Origin: Candidatus Latescibacterota bacterium
Lineage (GTDB): Bacteria; Latescibacterota; UBA2968; UBA8231
Direction: 5' to 3'
Length of the DNA: 64,000 nucleotides
Assembly: GCA_965208105.1 (NCBI GenBank)
Contig: OZ242318.1
Location: forward strand, 4,256,001-4,320,000
The position numbers were made by a program, and so were the translations under genes. Below, in pieces: positions 29,353 through 39,213 of this stretch. Within the stretch, counting starts at the first letter, position 1; every line of letters starts with the position of its first letter. The notes below the pieces were generated by a model that saw only the letters and a program-made list of their open reading frames with translations, did no database searches and was not told the origin of the DNA.

Positions 29353-30813
29353 ATGAACAAAGTAGAGATCCCGCCGGTAAGCGGAATTTTCGCCCAGCCA
29401 TGGTCATACCGCAAGTTCGTGGCCTTGTTGTCCGTCTTCGGGCCCGCCGCCATCGTGGCCTCGGTGGCCATCGGGGCGGGGGAGACCATCGTCGTGGTGC
29501 GCGCCGGGGCCTGGTCCGGCTACGGGCTGCTGTGGCTGGTGCTCCTCAGCTGCATCGTCAAGGGGATATTCGTCACCTATCTGCTGGGACGCTACACCGC
29601 CATCAGCGGCGAGTACATCGGACATCGCATCGTGCGCATGCCGGGGCCGCGGGGATGGTTGCTGATGGTGATCCTCCTCGTCGAGATGTTCGCCGCGCCC
29701 ATGGGCTGGGTAGCCATATCGAAGCCCTGCGGCGACCTGTTTCACTTCGTGCTGCGCGGCGTCCTTTCCACTTCCATCGCTGAAACGGTCTGGGAGAACG
29801 CCATCGCCTCCTGCTTCATCGGCCTGGCCCTGGGGCTGAGCCTGCGGCTTTCCTACGCCAGGTTGGAGAAGCAGCAACTGGCGATCTGCGCCATCCTGGT
29901 GGTCGGCACAACCGCTGGTACGCTGATGGTGCGCCCCGATTTCCTCCAGGCATTCGTCGGCACCTTCAGCTTCGGCAAGCTGCCCGAGTTTCCACCCTGG
30001 GCATCGGAAGACGCGATCAGGAATCCCATGCTGACCATGGCCACCGCCTTCGGCTATGTGGGCGGTTCGGTCATGAGCTATGCCGTCTACGCCCACTGGG
30101 TCGGGCTGCACCGCTGGGGACTGACGGAGCACGGCGAGATCGAGGCCATTCGCCGTCACGCCTCGGCCCGCGACCAGATCGACTACCTGCCGGACGACCC
30201 CGAACAGGTGCGGCGGCTGCGGCGCCTGTGCTTGCCCCTGCGCTGGGATGTGAGCATGGGCGCCCTGGTTCTGTTCATCGTCACCGCGGCATTCATGCTG
30301 TCGGGGGCCGCCGTCCTCTATCCCCTGCAGACGCGCTTCGAGGGCTGGAGTCTGCTGACCAACCAGGCCCATGTGTGGAGCAACATACATCCAACGCTGG
30401 TGTGGATCTACTACATCTGCGTCGTCGCGGCCCTGTGGGGCAGTCTGCAGGCGCTTCCCGAGATCTACGCCCGGGTGACCCAGGAGTTCCTGCAGGCCAT
30501 CTGGCCGGCGCGCCAGTGGAGATACGGGCTCATCAAGCGCTGCATCTGCCTCTACATCTTCACCGTGACCATGGTCCTGGTGTGGCTGGATATCCCGTTC
30601 AACATCCTCATCCAGGTTGCCGGTTTCCTTTTCGCCAACTTCGCCATCGCCCTCATCATGCTGGCGGCCCTCTACCTGAATTTCAAGCTGCCCCGGGCCT
30701 ATCGTACGCGGCTGCCCATGCTGGTCGGATCCCTCGGGTCGGCGGCGATTCTGGTCCTCTTTGCCGGGATCAGCGGCTGGGGCCTGCTCAGGAAGCTGTT
30801 CGGTCTCGGCTAG
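29353..30813 (+). CDS. Nramp/YcsG-like membrane transporter
   Basis: FGPAAIVASVAIGAGE..GAWSGYGLLW..RYTAISGE; multiple TM helices. Confidence 0.75.
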   Translation: MNKVEIPPVSGIFAQPWSYRKFVALLSVFGPAAIVASVAIGAGETIVVVRAGAWSGYGLLWLVLLSCIVKGIFVTYLLGRYTAISGEYIGHRIVRMPGPRGWLLMVILLVEMFAAPMGWVAISKPCGDLFHFVLRGVLSTSIAETVWENAIASCFIGLALGLSLRLSYARLEKQQLAICAILVVGTTAGTLMVRPDFLQAFVGTFSFGKLPEFPPWASEDAIRNPMLTMATAFGYVGGSVMSYAVYAHWVGLHRWGLTEHGEIEAIRRHASARDQIDYLPDDPEQVRRLRRLCLPLRWDVSMGALVLFIVTAAFMLSGAAVLYPLQTRFEGWSLLTNQAHVWSNIHPTLVWIYYICVVAALWGSLQALPEIYARVTQEFLQAIWPARQWRYGLIKRCICLYIFTVTMVLVWLDIPFNILIQVAGFLFANFAIALIMLAALYLNFKLPRAYRTRLPMLVGSLGSAAILVLFAGISGWGLLRKLFGLG

Positions 30814-30899
30814 TCCGCCGCAGCGCCAGGCTCACAAGGCGCCTGAGCGAGTCGTACCAGTAGTGTACGGCGAGTGGCCGAGTTCATTCCCTTTCCTAG
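30810..30899 (-). mobile_element. Internally deleted MITE copy D (inverted), CTAG at both ends
   Basis: Reverse complement of 30823-30876 matches the MITE core CACTCGCCGTACAC..GGTACGACTCGCTCAGGCGCCTTGTGAGC. Confidence 0.75.
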
Positions 30900-31972
30900 T
30901 GGAAGTACCCCTCGGCCTGCAGCAGCTCGGCGGTGAGGATGGCGCCGCCGGCGGCGCCGCGCACGGTGTTGTGGCTCAGGGCCACGAACCTGAAATCGAA
31001 GAGGTTGTCCGGGCGCAGCCGTCCCAGGGTGACGCCCATGCCGGTGCCGGCGTCGCGGTCCAATCTCGTCTGCGGCCGGTCTTCCTCCTCGAAGTAGCTC
31101 AGGAAGGGCGCCGGCGCCGAGGGAAGGTCCAGATTTTGAGGCCGGCCGGCGTAGCTCCGCCAGCGCTCGAGCACCACCTCCATCTCCGGCTTTCTCTCGA
31201 AGTTGATGGCGACCGCCGCCAGGTGACCGTCCGAAACCGGGACGCGCACGCACTGGGCCGAGATGAGCGGAGAGGAGGCCTCGACTATGCGGCCATCTTC
31301 AATGCGGCCCCAGATTTTCAGGGGCTCGCGGATGCTCTTGTCCTCTTCGCCGCCGATGAAGGGGATGATGTTGTCCTCCATCTCGGGCCAGGTGTCCAGG
31401 GTCTTGCCTGCGCCGGAGAGGGCCTGGTAGGTGCAGACCGAGACCTCACGGGGCTGGAAATCGGCAAGCGCGTGGAGGGCGGGGACATAGGGTTGGATGG
31501 AGCAGTTGGGCTTGGCGGCCACGAAGCCGCGGCGGGTGCCGAGGCGGCGGCGCTGGGCGGGGATGATTTCCAGGTGCTGGGGATTGACCTCAGGAATGAT
31601 CATGGGTACGTCGGGAGTCCAGCGGTGGGCGGAGTTGGCCGAGACCACCGGCACCTCGCGCCGCGCATAGCCGTCCTCGAGGGCGCGGATGGCGTCTTTT
31701 TCCATAGAGAGGGCGGAGAAGACGAAGTCGGACTCCTGGCTGATGCCATCCATGTCGGCGCAGTCCGCCACCGTGGTCCCGCTGATGGCAGCGGGAATCT
31801 CCCCGGCCATGACCCAGCGTCCCTCCACCGCCTCGGCATAGGTGCGTCCGGCGGAGCGCGGGCTCGCAGCCAGGGCGGCGATCTCGAACCAGGGGTGGTC
31901 GGCCAACTGTGTCACGAACCGCTGCCCCACCATGCCGGTGGCGCCGAGAATGCCAACTCGCATCCTTTCCAT
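30896..31972 (-). CDS. asd: Aspartate-semialdehyde dehydrogenase
   Basis: ILGATGMVGQRF, IPEVNP, PNCS, YQALSGAG, RVPVSDGH, HNTVRGAAGG. Confidence 0.95.
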   Translation of the reverse strand: MERMRVGILGATGMVGQRFVTQLADHPWFEIAALAASPRSAGRTYAEAVEGRWVMAGEIPAAISGTTVADCADMDGISQESDFVFSALSMEKDAIRALEDGYARREVPVVSANSAHRWTPDVPMIIPEVNPQHLEIIPAQRRRLGTRRGFVAAKPNCSIQPYVPALHALADFQPREVSVCTYQALSGAGKTLDTWPEMEDNIIPFIGGEEDKSIREPLKIWGRIEDGRIVEASSPLISAQCVRVPVSDGHLAAVAINFERKPEMEVVLERWRSYAGRPQNLDLPSAPAPFLSYFEEEDRPQTRLDRDAGTGMGVTLGRLRPDNLFDFRFVALSHNTVRGAAGGAILTAELLQAEGYFH

Positions 31973-32182
31973 CGCTGGGCTCCTTCAGAAATAGGTTGGT
32001 TTCCGGCCGATAACTTTCGCTGCGAGCCGGGCTCGACAGCTGCTTGGGTCAATCCATGAAGGGCTGCGCTGGATCAACCCCCGCTGCCGGCGGGAACCGG
32101 GCCTGTTTCAGGCGTTTTTTGAGGGGCTGCGCACTGCGGCCCCAGAAAACATTTCCACTGCTGATCCTGGTCGAGCAGGAAC

Positions 32183-32215
32183 AAAAAAAACCGCCGCGAG
32201 CGGACTCGACGGCGG
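32183..32215 (-). terminator. Intrinsic terminator in the asd leader (candidate attenuator)
   Basis: Minus strand CCGCCGTCGAG-TCCG-CTCGCGGCGG followed by T8, ~210 nt upstream of asd. Confidence 0.8.
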
Positions 32216-32241
32216 ATCGGAATGGTGCTTGCTGCTATATT

Positions 32242-32346
32242 CTACTCCTCGAGCAGCCGTCGAATCTCCCCCCGGTGCAGGGCGCACTTGTCGTTGCGTT
32301 TGACCGGGCGTTTGGTGTCGAGAGATTTTTGCGAATTAGTCGTCAT
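32242..32346 (-). CDS. Candidate asd leader peptide (34 aa, Lys/Thr/Asn/Asp-rich first half)
   Basis: MTTNSQKSLDTKRPVKRNDKCALHRGEIRRLLEE*; lies between promoter and terminator; no clear SD. Confidence 0.5.
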   Translation of the reverse strand: MTTNSQKSLDTKRPVKRNDKCALHRGEIRRLLEE

Positions 32347-32384
32347 TTTTCAGTTCGTGGGTTCAGGAGACTTTCGACTTGCCA

Positions 32385-32413
32385 AAAATAGAAACAATCC
32401 AAATTCGAGTCAA
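32385..32413 (-). promoter_or_regulatory. Putative sigma70 promoter of the asd leader
   Basis: Minus strand TTGACT-17bp-TATTTT. Confidence 0.55.
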
Positions 32414-32633
32414 GCCTGCCCGGGCAGGCTCCCGCAAGCATGGGGCGTTCCCGGGCGGGTCGCATGACCCGCATCGCCCATTCCACCGGGGGCGGCCTGA
32501 GGATTATCAGGGAGGATGGGAACCGTTCCTCGACGCAACCGTTCCTTGGGACTATTTTGATTGTTCCCAGGTGGTCGCGCCGGTTCGGGCGGCCCGGTTC
32601 GTTGCCCCTGAACCCCCTGCAAGGAGGTTGTTC

Positions 32634-33842
32634 TTGCGAGTTCTCATTTCCCTCTGCACCCTGGCCGCTGTCCTGTGCGGCTGCGGCGACAGGGACCCTC
32701 TCTCCAGCTCCGGGCCCCGCGCCGGCGAACCCTCAGCCAAGCTCACGGGCAGCGCCCTTGCGGTGGCCGGCCTGTCGGAGAACCACCCTGCCCACGTCAG
32801 GATCGGCGTAATGTTCACCGCTCCGACCCGGAGCAACACCTTGAAAGGAGCGCAGTTGGCGGAAAGGCAACTGAACCTGGCGGGCGGTGTGGGCGGCCTG
32901 CCCATCGCCATCATCCCTCGCGGGGATATAGGCGGAACCGAAGAGGCGGCGGAGGTAGCGGAGGAATTGATCACCAGGCAGGGGGTGGTGGCTATCGTCG
33001 GGCCCAACCGCTCCCTATATGCGGTGGCCGCCGGCGCGGTTGCCCAGGAACACGGCATTCCGATGGTGACCACCACCGCCACCAATCCTGGAGTTACCGC
33101 CGTAGGTGACTACGTCTTCATGGCCGCGTTCACCGACGACTTTCAAGGCAAGGTGATGGCGCGCTTCGCCGTCGGGGAGCTGGGAGCGAGGACCGCCGCG
33201 GTCCTGACCCGGCAGGAGTCCATCTATTCGGAGGGATTGTCGCGCACCTTCGTCGAGAACTTCGAGGATCTCGGCGGCGAAGTGGTCCACGCGCCCTTCT
33301 ACCAGGCGGGTGAAACCGAATTCTCGGAGCAGCTGGGTCCCATCGCCGAATCGGCGCCGGACGTCTTCTTCCTGCCCGGATTCTCAACTGAAATCCCCCT
33401 GGTGGTCCAGCAGGCGAAGGACCTCGGCATCGGGGGAATCCTCCTCGGCGGCGACAGCTGGGACAACTCCGCCCTGGTCGCCTCCCACGGCGCCATTCTG
33501 GAAGGAAGTTTTTTTTCGACCTTTTTCTCCTCCGAAGCACCGCCGGCAGCTTTGAGCGAAGAGGCCAACCGCTTCATCGCCGCTTACACCGGGATTTTCC
33601 GGGTCGTACCCGACGGCGGAGCGGCCCTGGGGTACGATGCCTTCAGGCTGGTCGCCCAGGCCCTCGGCCGGGCATCCGGCCCGGACCCGGCGGTGATTCG
33701 CGACGAGCTTGCGGCGACCAGGGACTACAGCGGGGCGACCTTCATCTCGGGTTTCGACGAGAACCGGCACACCTCGAAGAGCGCGGTCATCAACCGCATT
33801 GTCAACGGAGAGATACGTTTCCACCTGTTGATCGATCCCTGA
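32634..33842 (+). CDS. Branched-chain amino-acid-type ABC substrate-binding lipoprotein (LivJ/Peripla_BP_6)
   Basis: AAGGAGG-6nt-TTG start; lipobox LCGC; AIVGPN, PMVTTTATNPGVT..YVF..DDFQG, LGGDSWD, ALGYDA. Confidence 0.85.
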   Translation: MRVLISLCTLAAVLCGCGDRDPLSSSGPRAGEPSAKLTGSALAVAGLSENHPAHVRIGVMFTAPTRSNTLKGAQLAERQLNLAGGVGGLPIAIIPRGDIGGTEEAAEVAEELITRQGVVAIVGPNRSLYAVAAGAVAQEHGIPMVTTTATNPGVTAVGDYVFMAAFTDDFQGKVMARFAVGELGARTAAVLTRQESIYSEGLSRTFVENFEDLGGEVVHAPFYQAGETEFSEQLGPIAESAPDVFFLPGFSTEIPLVVQQAKDLGIGGILLGGDSWDNSALVASHGAILEGSFFSTFFSSEAPPAALSEEANRFIAAYTGIFRVVPDGGAALGYDAFRLVAQALGRASGPDPAVIRDELAATRDYSGATFISGFDENRHTSKSAVINRIVNGEIRFHLLIDP

Positions 33843-33987
33843 GAGGTCCGCGTCCGGGCTGCGGCGGGATTCACCCGTGGTGTATCTTCAAACCCGGTCC
33901 ATCCCCGGGACCTGGATGTCCGCGCGGGCCGGGGGGCGGTCCTGGTGACGGAATGGATGAAATGGACGGGGATGGATACAGTTGCGG

Positions 33988-36183
33988 ATGACGGTCGTTG
34001 AGGAGGAGATTCAGCTCCTGGCAAGGGGCGAGCACCCCGATCCCTTTCAGCTCCTGGGAGCGCACGAGGTCGGCGCGGACGACCGCCGCGTCGCGGTGCG
34101 CGCCTTTGTTCCATGGGCGCAATCGGTGTCGGTTCTGGGCGCCTCCGGGACAGCCCGTCCCCTGGCGCGCCTGCATCCTGACGGTTTCTTCGAGGCGATA
34201 TTGAGCCCCGCGCCGATGGTCCCCTACCAGTTGGAGATCACCCATCAAGGCGGAGCCGTCGAGAGCATCCACGACCCCTATTCCTTTCCTCCACGGTTCG
34301 GTGCCTCCGACCTGAACCTCTTCAGCGCCGGTACCCATCCGAATATCGGCGGCGAGCTCGGGGCCCATCCGCTGGTCTCCCATGGCGTCTCCGGAGTCGG
34401 GTTCGCCGTGTGGGCGCCCGCCGCCCGGCGCGTCAGCGTGGTCGGCGACTTCAATGCGTGGGACGGCAGGCGCCATCCCATGCGCCACCACGGCGGTTCC
34501 GGGGTTTGGGAGATCTTCCTCCCAGGAGTGGAACCCGGCGCTCTCTACAAATTCGAAATCAAGACGCAGGCAGGTGAAATCCTGTTGAAAAGCGATCCCT
34601 ATGGCTCCGGCATGGAACTGCGGCCGCAATCGGCGTCCATCGTGCAGGGCCGCGCCGAAGGGAGCCCGGGCGACGGCGAGTGGATGGAGGCAAGGGCGCG
34701 GACGGACCAGAGGCGGGCTCCGGTGGCCATCTACGAGGTCCACCTGGGGTCCTGGCGCCGGGGCGGGGACGACCGCCCGCTGACCTACCCGGAGCTTGCC
34801 CGCGAGCTGGTCCCATACGTGAAGGAGATGGGCTTCACCCACCTCGAGCTGCTGCCGGTGATGGAACATCCGCTGGACGAGTCCTGGGGCTATCAGGTGG
34901 TGGGCTATTTCGCCCCCACCAGCCGTCACGGCACCCCGGATGATTTCCGCTGCTTCGTCGACTGTTGCCACAGGAACGGGATCGGCGTCATCCTCGACTG
35001 GGTCCCCGCTCACTTCCCTCAAGACGGCCACGGACTCGCCCGGTTCGACGGCACCTGCCTCTACGAATACGCCGACCCGCGCCGGGGCTTCCACCCCGAC
35101 TGGGGCACGCTGATTTTCGACTACGGGCGCGCCGAAGTACGCAACTTCCTCTGTGCCAATGCACTATTCTGGCTCGAGGAATTCCGCGTGGACGGACTGC
35201 GGGTGGATGCGGTTTCCTCCATGCTCTACCTGGACTACTCCAGGGGAGAGGGAGAGTGGCTGCCCAACCGCCACGGAGGGCGCGAGAACCTGGAAGCCAT
35301 CGACTTCGTCAGGCAGCTCAACCGTGCGGTCAGCTCCCGGGTCCCCGGGGCCATGATGATCGCCGAAGAGTCGACTCCGTGGCCGGGGGTGTCGCGGCCA
35401 CCCGGCGCGGGAGGCCTGGGATTCGATTTCAAGTGGAACATGGGATGGATGAACGACACCCTTGAGTATTTCTCCAGGGAGCCCGCCGGGCGCACGGCGC
35501 ACCACGACCTGCTGACTTCCGGTCTGGGCAACGCGTTTCAGGAAAACTATGTCCTGCCCCTCTCCCATGACGAGGTGGTGCACGAGAAAGCTTCCCTGCT
35601 CGCGAAGATGCCCGGCGACAGCCGGGCGAGATTCGCCAACCTGCGCCTGCTCTACGGCTACATGTACGGCCATCCCGGCAAGAAGCATCTCTTCATGGGC
35701 GGAGAAATCGGCCAGGAGACAGAATGGGATTGCGGCCGCGGTCTCGACTGGCACCTGCTCGCCAGCGAGCCCCACGCCCGACTGCGGCGGTTCGTCGCCG
35801 ATTTGAACCGGCTCTACCGCTCCGAGCCGGCGTTCTTCGAGGGCGACTGCCACGGGGCGGGTTTCGAGTGGATAGACTTCAGCGACGCGGAGCACAGCGT
35901 TCTCGCCTTCATGCGCCACGCGCTTGGAGGGAGCCCTTCCCTCGTCTTCGTCTTCAACTTCGACCTGGCTGCCCGCCACGACTACCGGATCGGGGTGCCC
36001 GAAGCCGGCTATTACCGCGAGGTGCTCAACAGCGACGCAGAGTGCTACGGAGGAAGCGGTCTGGGCAACGGGGCCGGCCTCGCCTCGGCCCGTGTTCCCT
36101 GGCACGGGAAGCCCTGCTCGTTGCGGATGGCCCTGCCTCCGCTGGCTGTGGTGGTGCTCAAACCGGTCGAGGCCCTCCCCTGA
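33988..36183 (+). CDS. glgB: 1,4-alpha-glucan branching enzyme
   Basis: FAVWAPAA, IYEVHLGSW, SWGYQ, LDWVPAHF, LRVDAVSSM, IAEEST, LSHDEVVH. Confidence 0.96.
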   Translation: MTVVEEEIQLLARGEHPDPFQLLGAHEVGADDRRVAVRAFVPWAQSVSVLGASGTARPLARLHPDGFFEAILSPAPMVPYQLEITHQGGAVESIHDPYSFPPRFGASDLNLFSAGTHPNIGGELGAHPLVSHGVSGVGFAVWAPAARRVSVVGDFNAWDGRRHPMRHHGGSGVWEIFLPGVEPGALYKFEIKTQAGEILLKSDPYGSGMELRPQSASIVQGRAEGSPGDGEWMEARARTDQRRAPVAIYEVHLGSWRRGGDDRPLTYPELARELVPYVKEMGFTHLELLPVMEHPLDESWGYQVVGYFAPTSRHGTPDDFRCFVDCCHRNGIGVILDWVPAHFPQDGHGLARFDGTCLYEYADPRRGFHPDWGTLIFDYGRAEVRNFLCANALFWLEEFRVDGLRVDAVSSMLYLDYSRGEGEWLPNRHGGRENLEAIDFVRQLNRAVSSRVPGAMMIAEESTPWPGVSRPPGAGGLGFDFKWNMGWMNDTLEYFSREPAGRTAHHDLLTSGLGNAFQENYVLPLSHDEVVHEKASLLAKMPGDSRARFANLRLLYGYMYGHPGKKHLFMGGEIGQETEWDCGRGLDWHLLASEPHARLRRFVADLNRLYRSEPAFFEGDCHGAGFEWIDFSDAEHSVLAFMRHALGGSPSLVFVFNFDLAARHDYRIGVPEAGYYREVLNSDAECYGGSGLGNGAGLASARVPWHGKPCSLRMALPPLAVVVLKPVEALP

Positions 36184-36457
36184 ATGGCCGCGGGGCGGAA
36201 CCGCAAGGACGGCGCCCACTTGTCCGGATCCGCACCTTTGCGCGGATGCCCCGCGGACCCTGGCCGGGGAGCGCGGCATCCTGATCCCCGGGTTTTCCCG
36301 GGAGGGCTTCGGGCAGGCGGGAGGGGGAAGGATTCCCACCGGCTCCCCAAGGATGTTGCCGCTGCTCGCTCTTGCCGCACGGGCGTCCTTCCTCCATATT
36401 TGGCCTCTCAAAATTTCCTTCCTAAAGTTTGCACCGGGGCGAGGATACGAGCCTGGC

Positions 36458-38197
36458 ATGAGTTCGGTCATTCACGTAACCCACGAGGCGGTGGTCAAGG
36501 TGGGGGGAATCGGGGCGGTGCTTGAGGGATTGATCACGACCTCCTCCTACCAGGCGAACATCGGACGCACGATCCTGGTCGGACCCCTGTTCTCGCCGGA
36601 GGACGAGGACGCGCTCGCCGCGGAGGGGGAGATAGGCTACTCCTCTCCTTCGGGGAGGCGCAGCGGGGCAACGGGGGAAGGGCTGCATCTGGTTGAGCGG
36701 AAGTACCACACCCCTCTGGTCTACGGTTGGCGCAGGATGGTCGATAGTTCCGGCCATGCCAGCGCGGTGGAGGTGCTCCTGGTCGATGTGAGCCAGGTCG
36801 ACACGGAGCTTGAGAACCGGTTCAAATTCGAACTCTACCAGAGGTTCGGCCTGCAGTCCGACCGCTATGAATCCAACTGGGACTATCTCCAGTACCTGCG
36901 CCTGGCCGAGCCGGCCTACGAGGCGCTGCAGGCCATGCTGGGGGACAGTCCGGGACCCCACTTCGTGCTCTCCCACGAGTACATGGGAATGCCCCTCGCT
37001 CTCAAGTCCATCACCGCCGCCGACCCTCGCTTCCACACCATTTTTCACGCCCACGAGGTGGCCACCGTCCGCCCCATCGTGGAGAATGCGCCGGGCCGCG
37101 ACGCCATGTTCTACAACGTGATGGCGCTGGCCATGGAAGCCGGCCTCAGCATCGGGGACGTGTTCGGCGACCAGTCGGGGTTCTACCGCCACGCCCTGGT
37201 GGAGCGCTCGCACCGCTGCGACTCCGTCTTCGCCGTGGGAGATCGGATCGTCGATGAGCTGCGCTTTCTGGGTCCGGGGTTGCGGGACGCTGCCATCGAC
37301 CTGGTCTACAACGGGGTCCCGGCGGTGGAGATCAGCGCGGAGGAGAAGAAGGCCTCGGTTGACCGCATGAGAAGCTATGCCGAGGCTCTGACCGGGGTCC
37401 GGCCGCAGGTGGTCTTCACCCACGTTTCCAGGCCGGTGGCGAGCAAGGGGTTCTGGCGCGACCTGCGGATACTGGAACACCTGGACCGGGCATTCGCCGC
37501 CGATGGCCGCAGCGGAGTGCTCTACCTGCTCTCCACCGCCGCGGGCAGCCGGACTCCCGAGGATGTGCTGCGCATGGAGGCCGAGTACGGGTGGCCCCTG
37601 GACCACCGCGCCGGCTACCCCGATCTCGAGGGCCCGGAGGTGGACCTGTGGGCGGCGGCGAGCGCCTTCAACCAGAAGGCCAGGGCCATCCGCGTGGTCT
37701 TCGTCAACCAGTTCGGCTGGGACCGGGGGCTCTGCGGGCGGCGCATGCCCGCCGGGATGTCCTTCGCCGATCTGCGCCGGGGAACCCAGGTGGAGTTCGG
37801 CCTCTCCATCTACGAGCCCTTCGGAATCGCCCAGGTGGAGCCGCTGTCCTTCGGCGCCCTCTGCGTGGTCAGCGACGTGTGCGGATGCCGTGGATACGTC
37901 CGACGGGCGGCGGGAGAGCAGGACTTTGCCAACCTGATCGCGGCCGCCTACACGGACCTGGGCGGGACGCGCGGCATGGAAGACCTGATGCGAATGGAGG
38001 CCCCCGAGCTGGAGCGCATAGAAGCCGGCGCCAGCGCCGCGGCAGCCGGCGAGATCCTCGAACGCCTGCCGCGAAGCGAGGAGGAGGAGTGGAAGGCGGT
38101 GCAGCGGGGCTATGGCGTTGCCCGCAATATGAGCTGGGAACGGGTCTGCGAGGACTTCTTCCTTCCTGGACTGGGGAGGGCGGCGCGAAGGCGCTGA
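36458..38197 (+). CDS. GT3-like (eukaryote-type) glycogen synthase / glycosyltransferase
   Basis: Start re-called at ATG 36458; THEAVVKVGGIGAV, HEYM..TIFHAHE, KG..D, SIYEPFG; directly after glgB. Confidence 0.7.
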   Translation: MSSVIHVTHEAVVKVGGIGAVLEGLITTSSYQANIGRTILVGPLFSPEDEDALAAEGEIGYSSPSGRRSGATGEGLHLVERKYHTPLVYGWRRMVDSSGHASAVEVLLVDVSQVDTELENRFKFELYQRFGLQSDRYESNWDYLQYLRLAEPAYEALQAMLGDSPGPHFVLSHEYMGMPLALKSITAADPRFHTIFHAHEVATVRPIVENAPGRDAMFYNVMALAMEAGLSIGDVFGDQSGFYRHALVERSHRCDSVFAVGDRIVDELRFLGPGLRDAAIDLVYNGVPAVEISAEEKKASVDRMRSYAEALTGVRPQVVFTHVSRPVASKGFWRDLRILEHLDRAFAADGRSGVLYLLSTAAGSRTPEDVLRMEAEYGWPLDHRAGYPDLEGPEVDLWAAASAFNQKARAIRVVFVNQFGWDRGLCGRRMPAGMSFADLRRGTQVEFGLSIYEPFGIAQVEPLSFGALCVVSDVCGCRGYVRRAAGEQDFANLIAAAYTDLGGTRGMEDLMRMEAPELERIEAGASAAAAGEILERLPRSEEEEWKAVQRGYGVARNMSWERVCEDFFLPGLGRAARRR

Positions 38198-38296
38198 GGG
38201 GCATGGAACGGAGAGCCGGGGAATGAGCCCCATCGCCACCATAGACGTCACCCCGTCCCGCCGCCACAGCTGCGGGACCTGGAGGAAGGTTGATTC

Positions 38297-39049
38297 GTGG
38301 TCCGTCTGCAATCATTGAGTTTCCTTGCCTGTGTGCTGGCCGCCGCGTCCGTCCTGGCGCAGGAGAATTCGCCCGAGGGGATAATCGCAAGGGTGGACCA
38401 GCTCTATCGCAGGGATACCAGCTACAGCAAGGTCGAGATGACGATCGTCACCCCCCACTGGGAGCGCCGGCTCGAAATGGAGATGTGGACCGAGGGGATG
38501 GACAAGTCGTTCATCCACATCACCGCGCCCAGGAAGGAGGCGGGCATGTCCACCCTGCGCATCGACCGGGAGATGTGGAACTACTTTCCCAGGATCGACA
38601 AGGTGATGAAGGTGCCCCCTTCGATGATGATGAGTTCGTGGATGGGATCGGACTTCACCAACGACGACCTGGTCAAGGAATCGTCCATGCTCGAGGATTA
38701 TGTCGCCGAGTTCGCCGAACCCGAGGGGGCGGAGGCGGGATTCCACTACATCGCCCTCATCCCAAGGGAGCACACCCCGTCGGTATGGGCAAGGATCGAG
38801 GTGGTGGTGCGCAAGAAGGACCTGATTCCGCGGCGCCAGGTCTTCTTCGACGAAAAGGGCGACGAGGTGCGGGTGATGGAGTTCAGGGAGGTCACCCGCT
38901 TCGGAGAGTTGAATCTTCCCGCCGTGGTCGAGATGGCGCCTTTGCGCAAGGAGGGGCACAGGACCATATTCCGCTACGTGGAGGCGCGTTTCGACGAAGT
39001 CCTGGAGGAGGGCACCTTCACCTTGCGCAACCTGCGCAGGAAGCGATAG
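38297..39049 (+). CDS. Outer-membrane lipoprotein-sorting protein (LolA-like)
   Basis: Signal peptide; MWNYFP..KVPPSMMMSSWMGSDFTNDDLV; FTLRNLRR. Confidence 0.85.
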   Translation: MVRLQSLSFLACVLAAASVLAQENSPEGIIARVDQLYRRDTSYSKVEMTIVTPHWERRLEMEMWTEGMDKSFIHITAPRKEAGMSTLRIDREMWNYFPRIDKVMKVPPSMMMSSWMGSDFTNDDLVKESSMLEDYVAEFAEPEGAEAGFHYIALIPREHTPSVWARIEVVVRKKDLIPRRQVFFDEKGDEVRVMEFREVTRFGELNLPAVVEMAPLRKEGHRTIFRYVEARFDEVLEEGTFTLRNLRRKR

Positions 39050-39213
39050 TGTCCCGCCGCAGAAATATGCCGCCATTTTTCCGCCGATCCATCCCGGCTC
39101 ACGGCGTTGCCTTCACTTGCCGTACACCACCGGTTCGACTCGCTCAGGCGCCTTGTGAGCCGGGCGCCTCAGCGGCCCAATTTTGTCAACCTATCTCTGC
39201 GGAGGGACACTAG
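39046..39213 (+). mobile_element. 168-bp MITE copy B
   Basis: TAGTGTCCCGCCGCAGAAATA...TATCTCTGCGGAGGGACACTAG; fills the entire intergenic space. Confidence 0.88.

Noticed and set aside
35924-36457. N-terminal extension of the 757-aa ORF (likewise for ORFs called at 16574, 32379, 48223 and 49139)
   Set aside because: Low-complexity extensions overlapping neighbours or promoters; downstream starts fit RBS or domain boundaries better.
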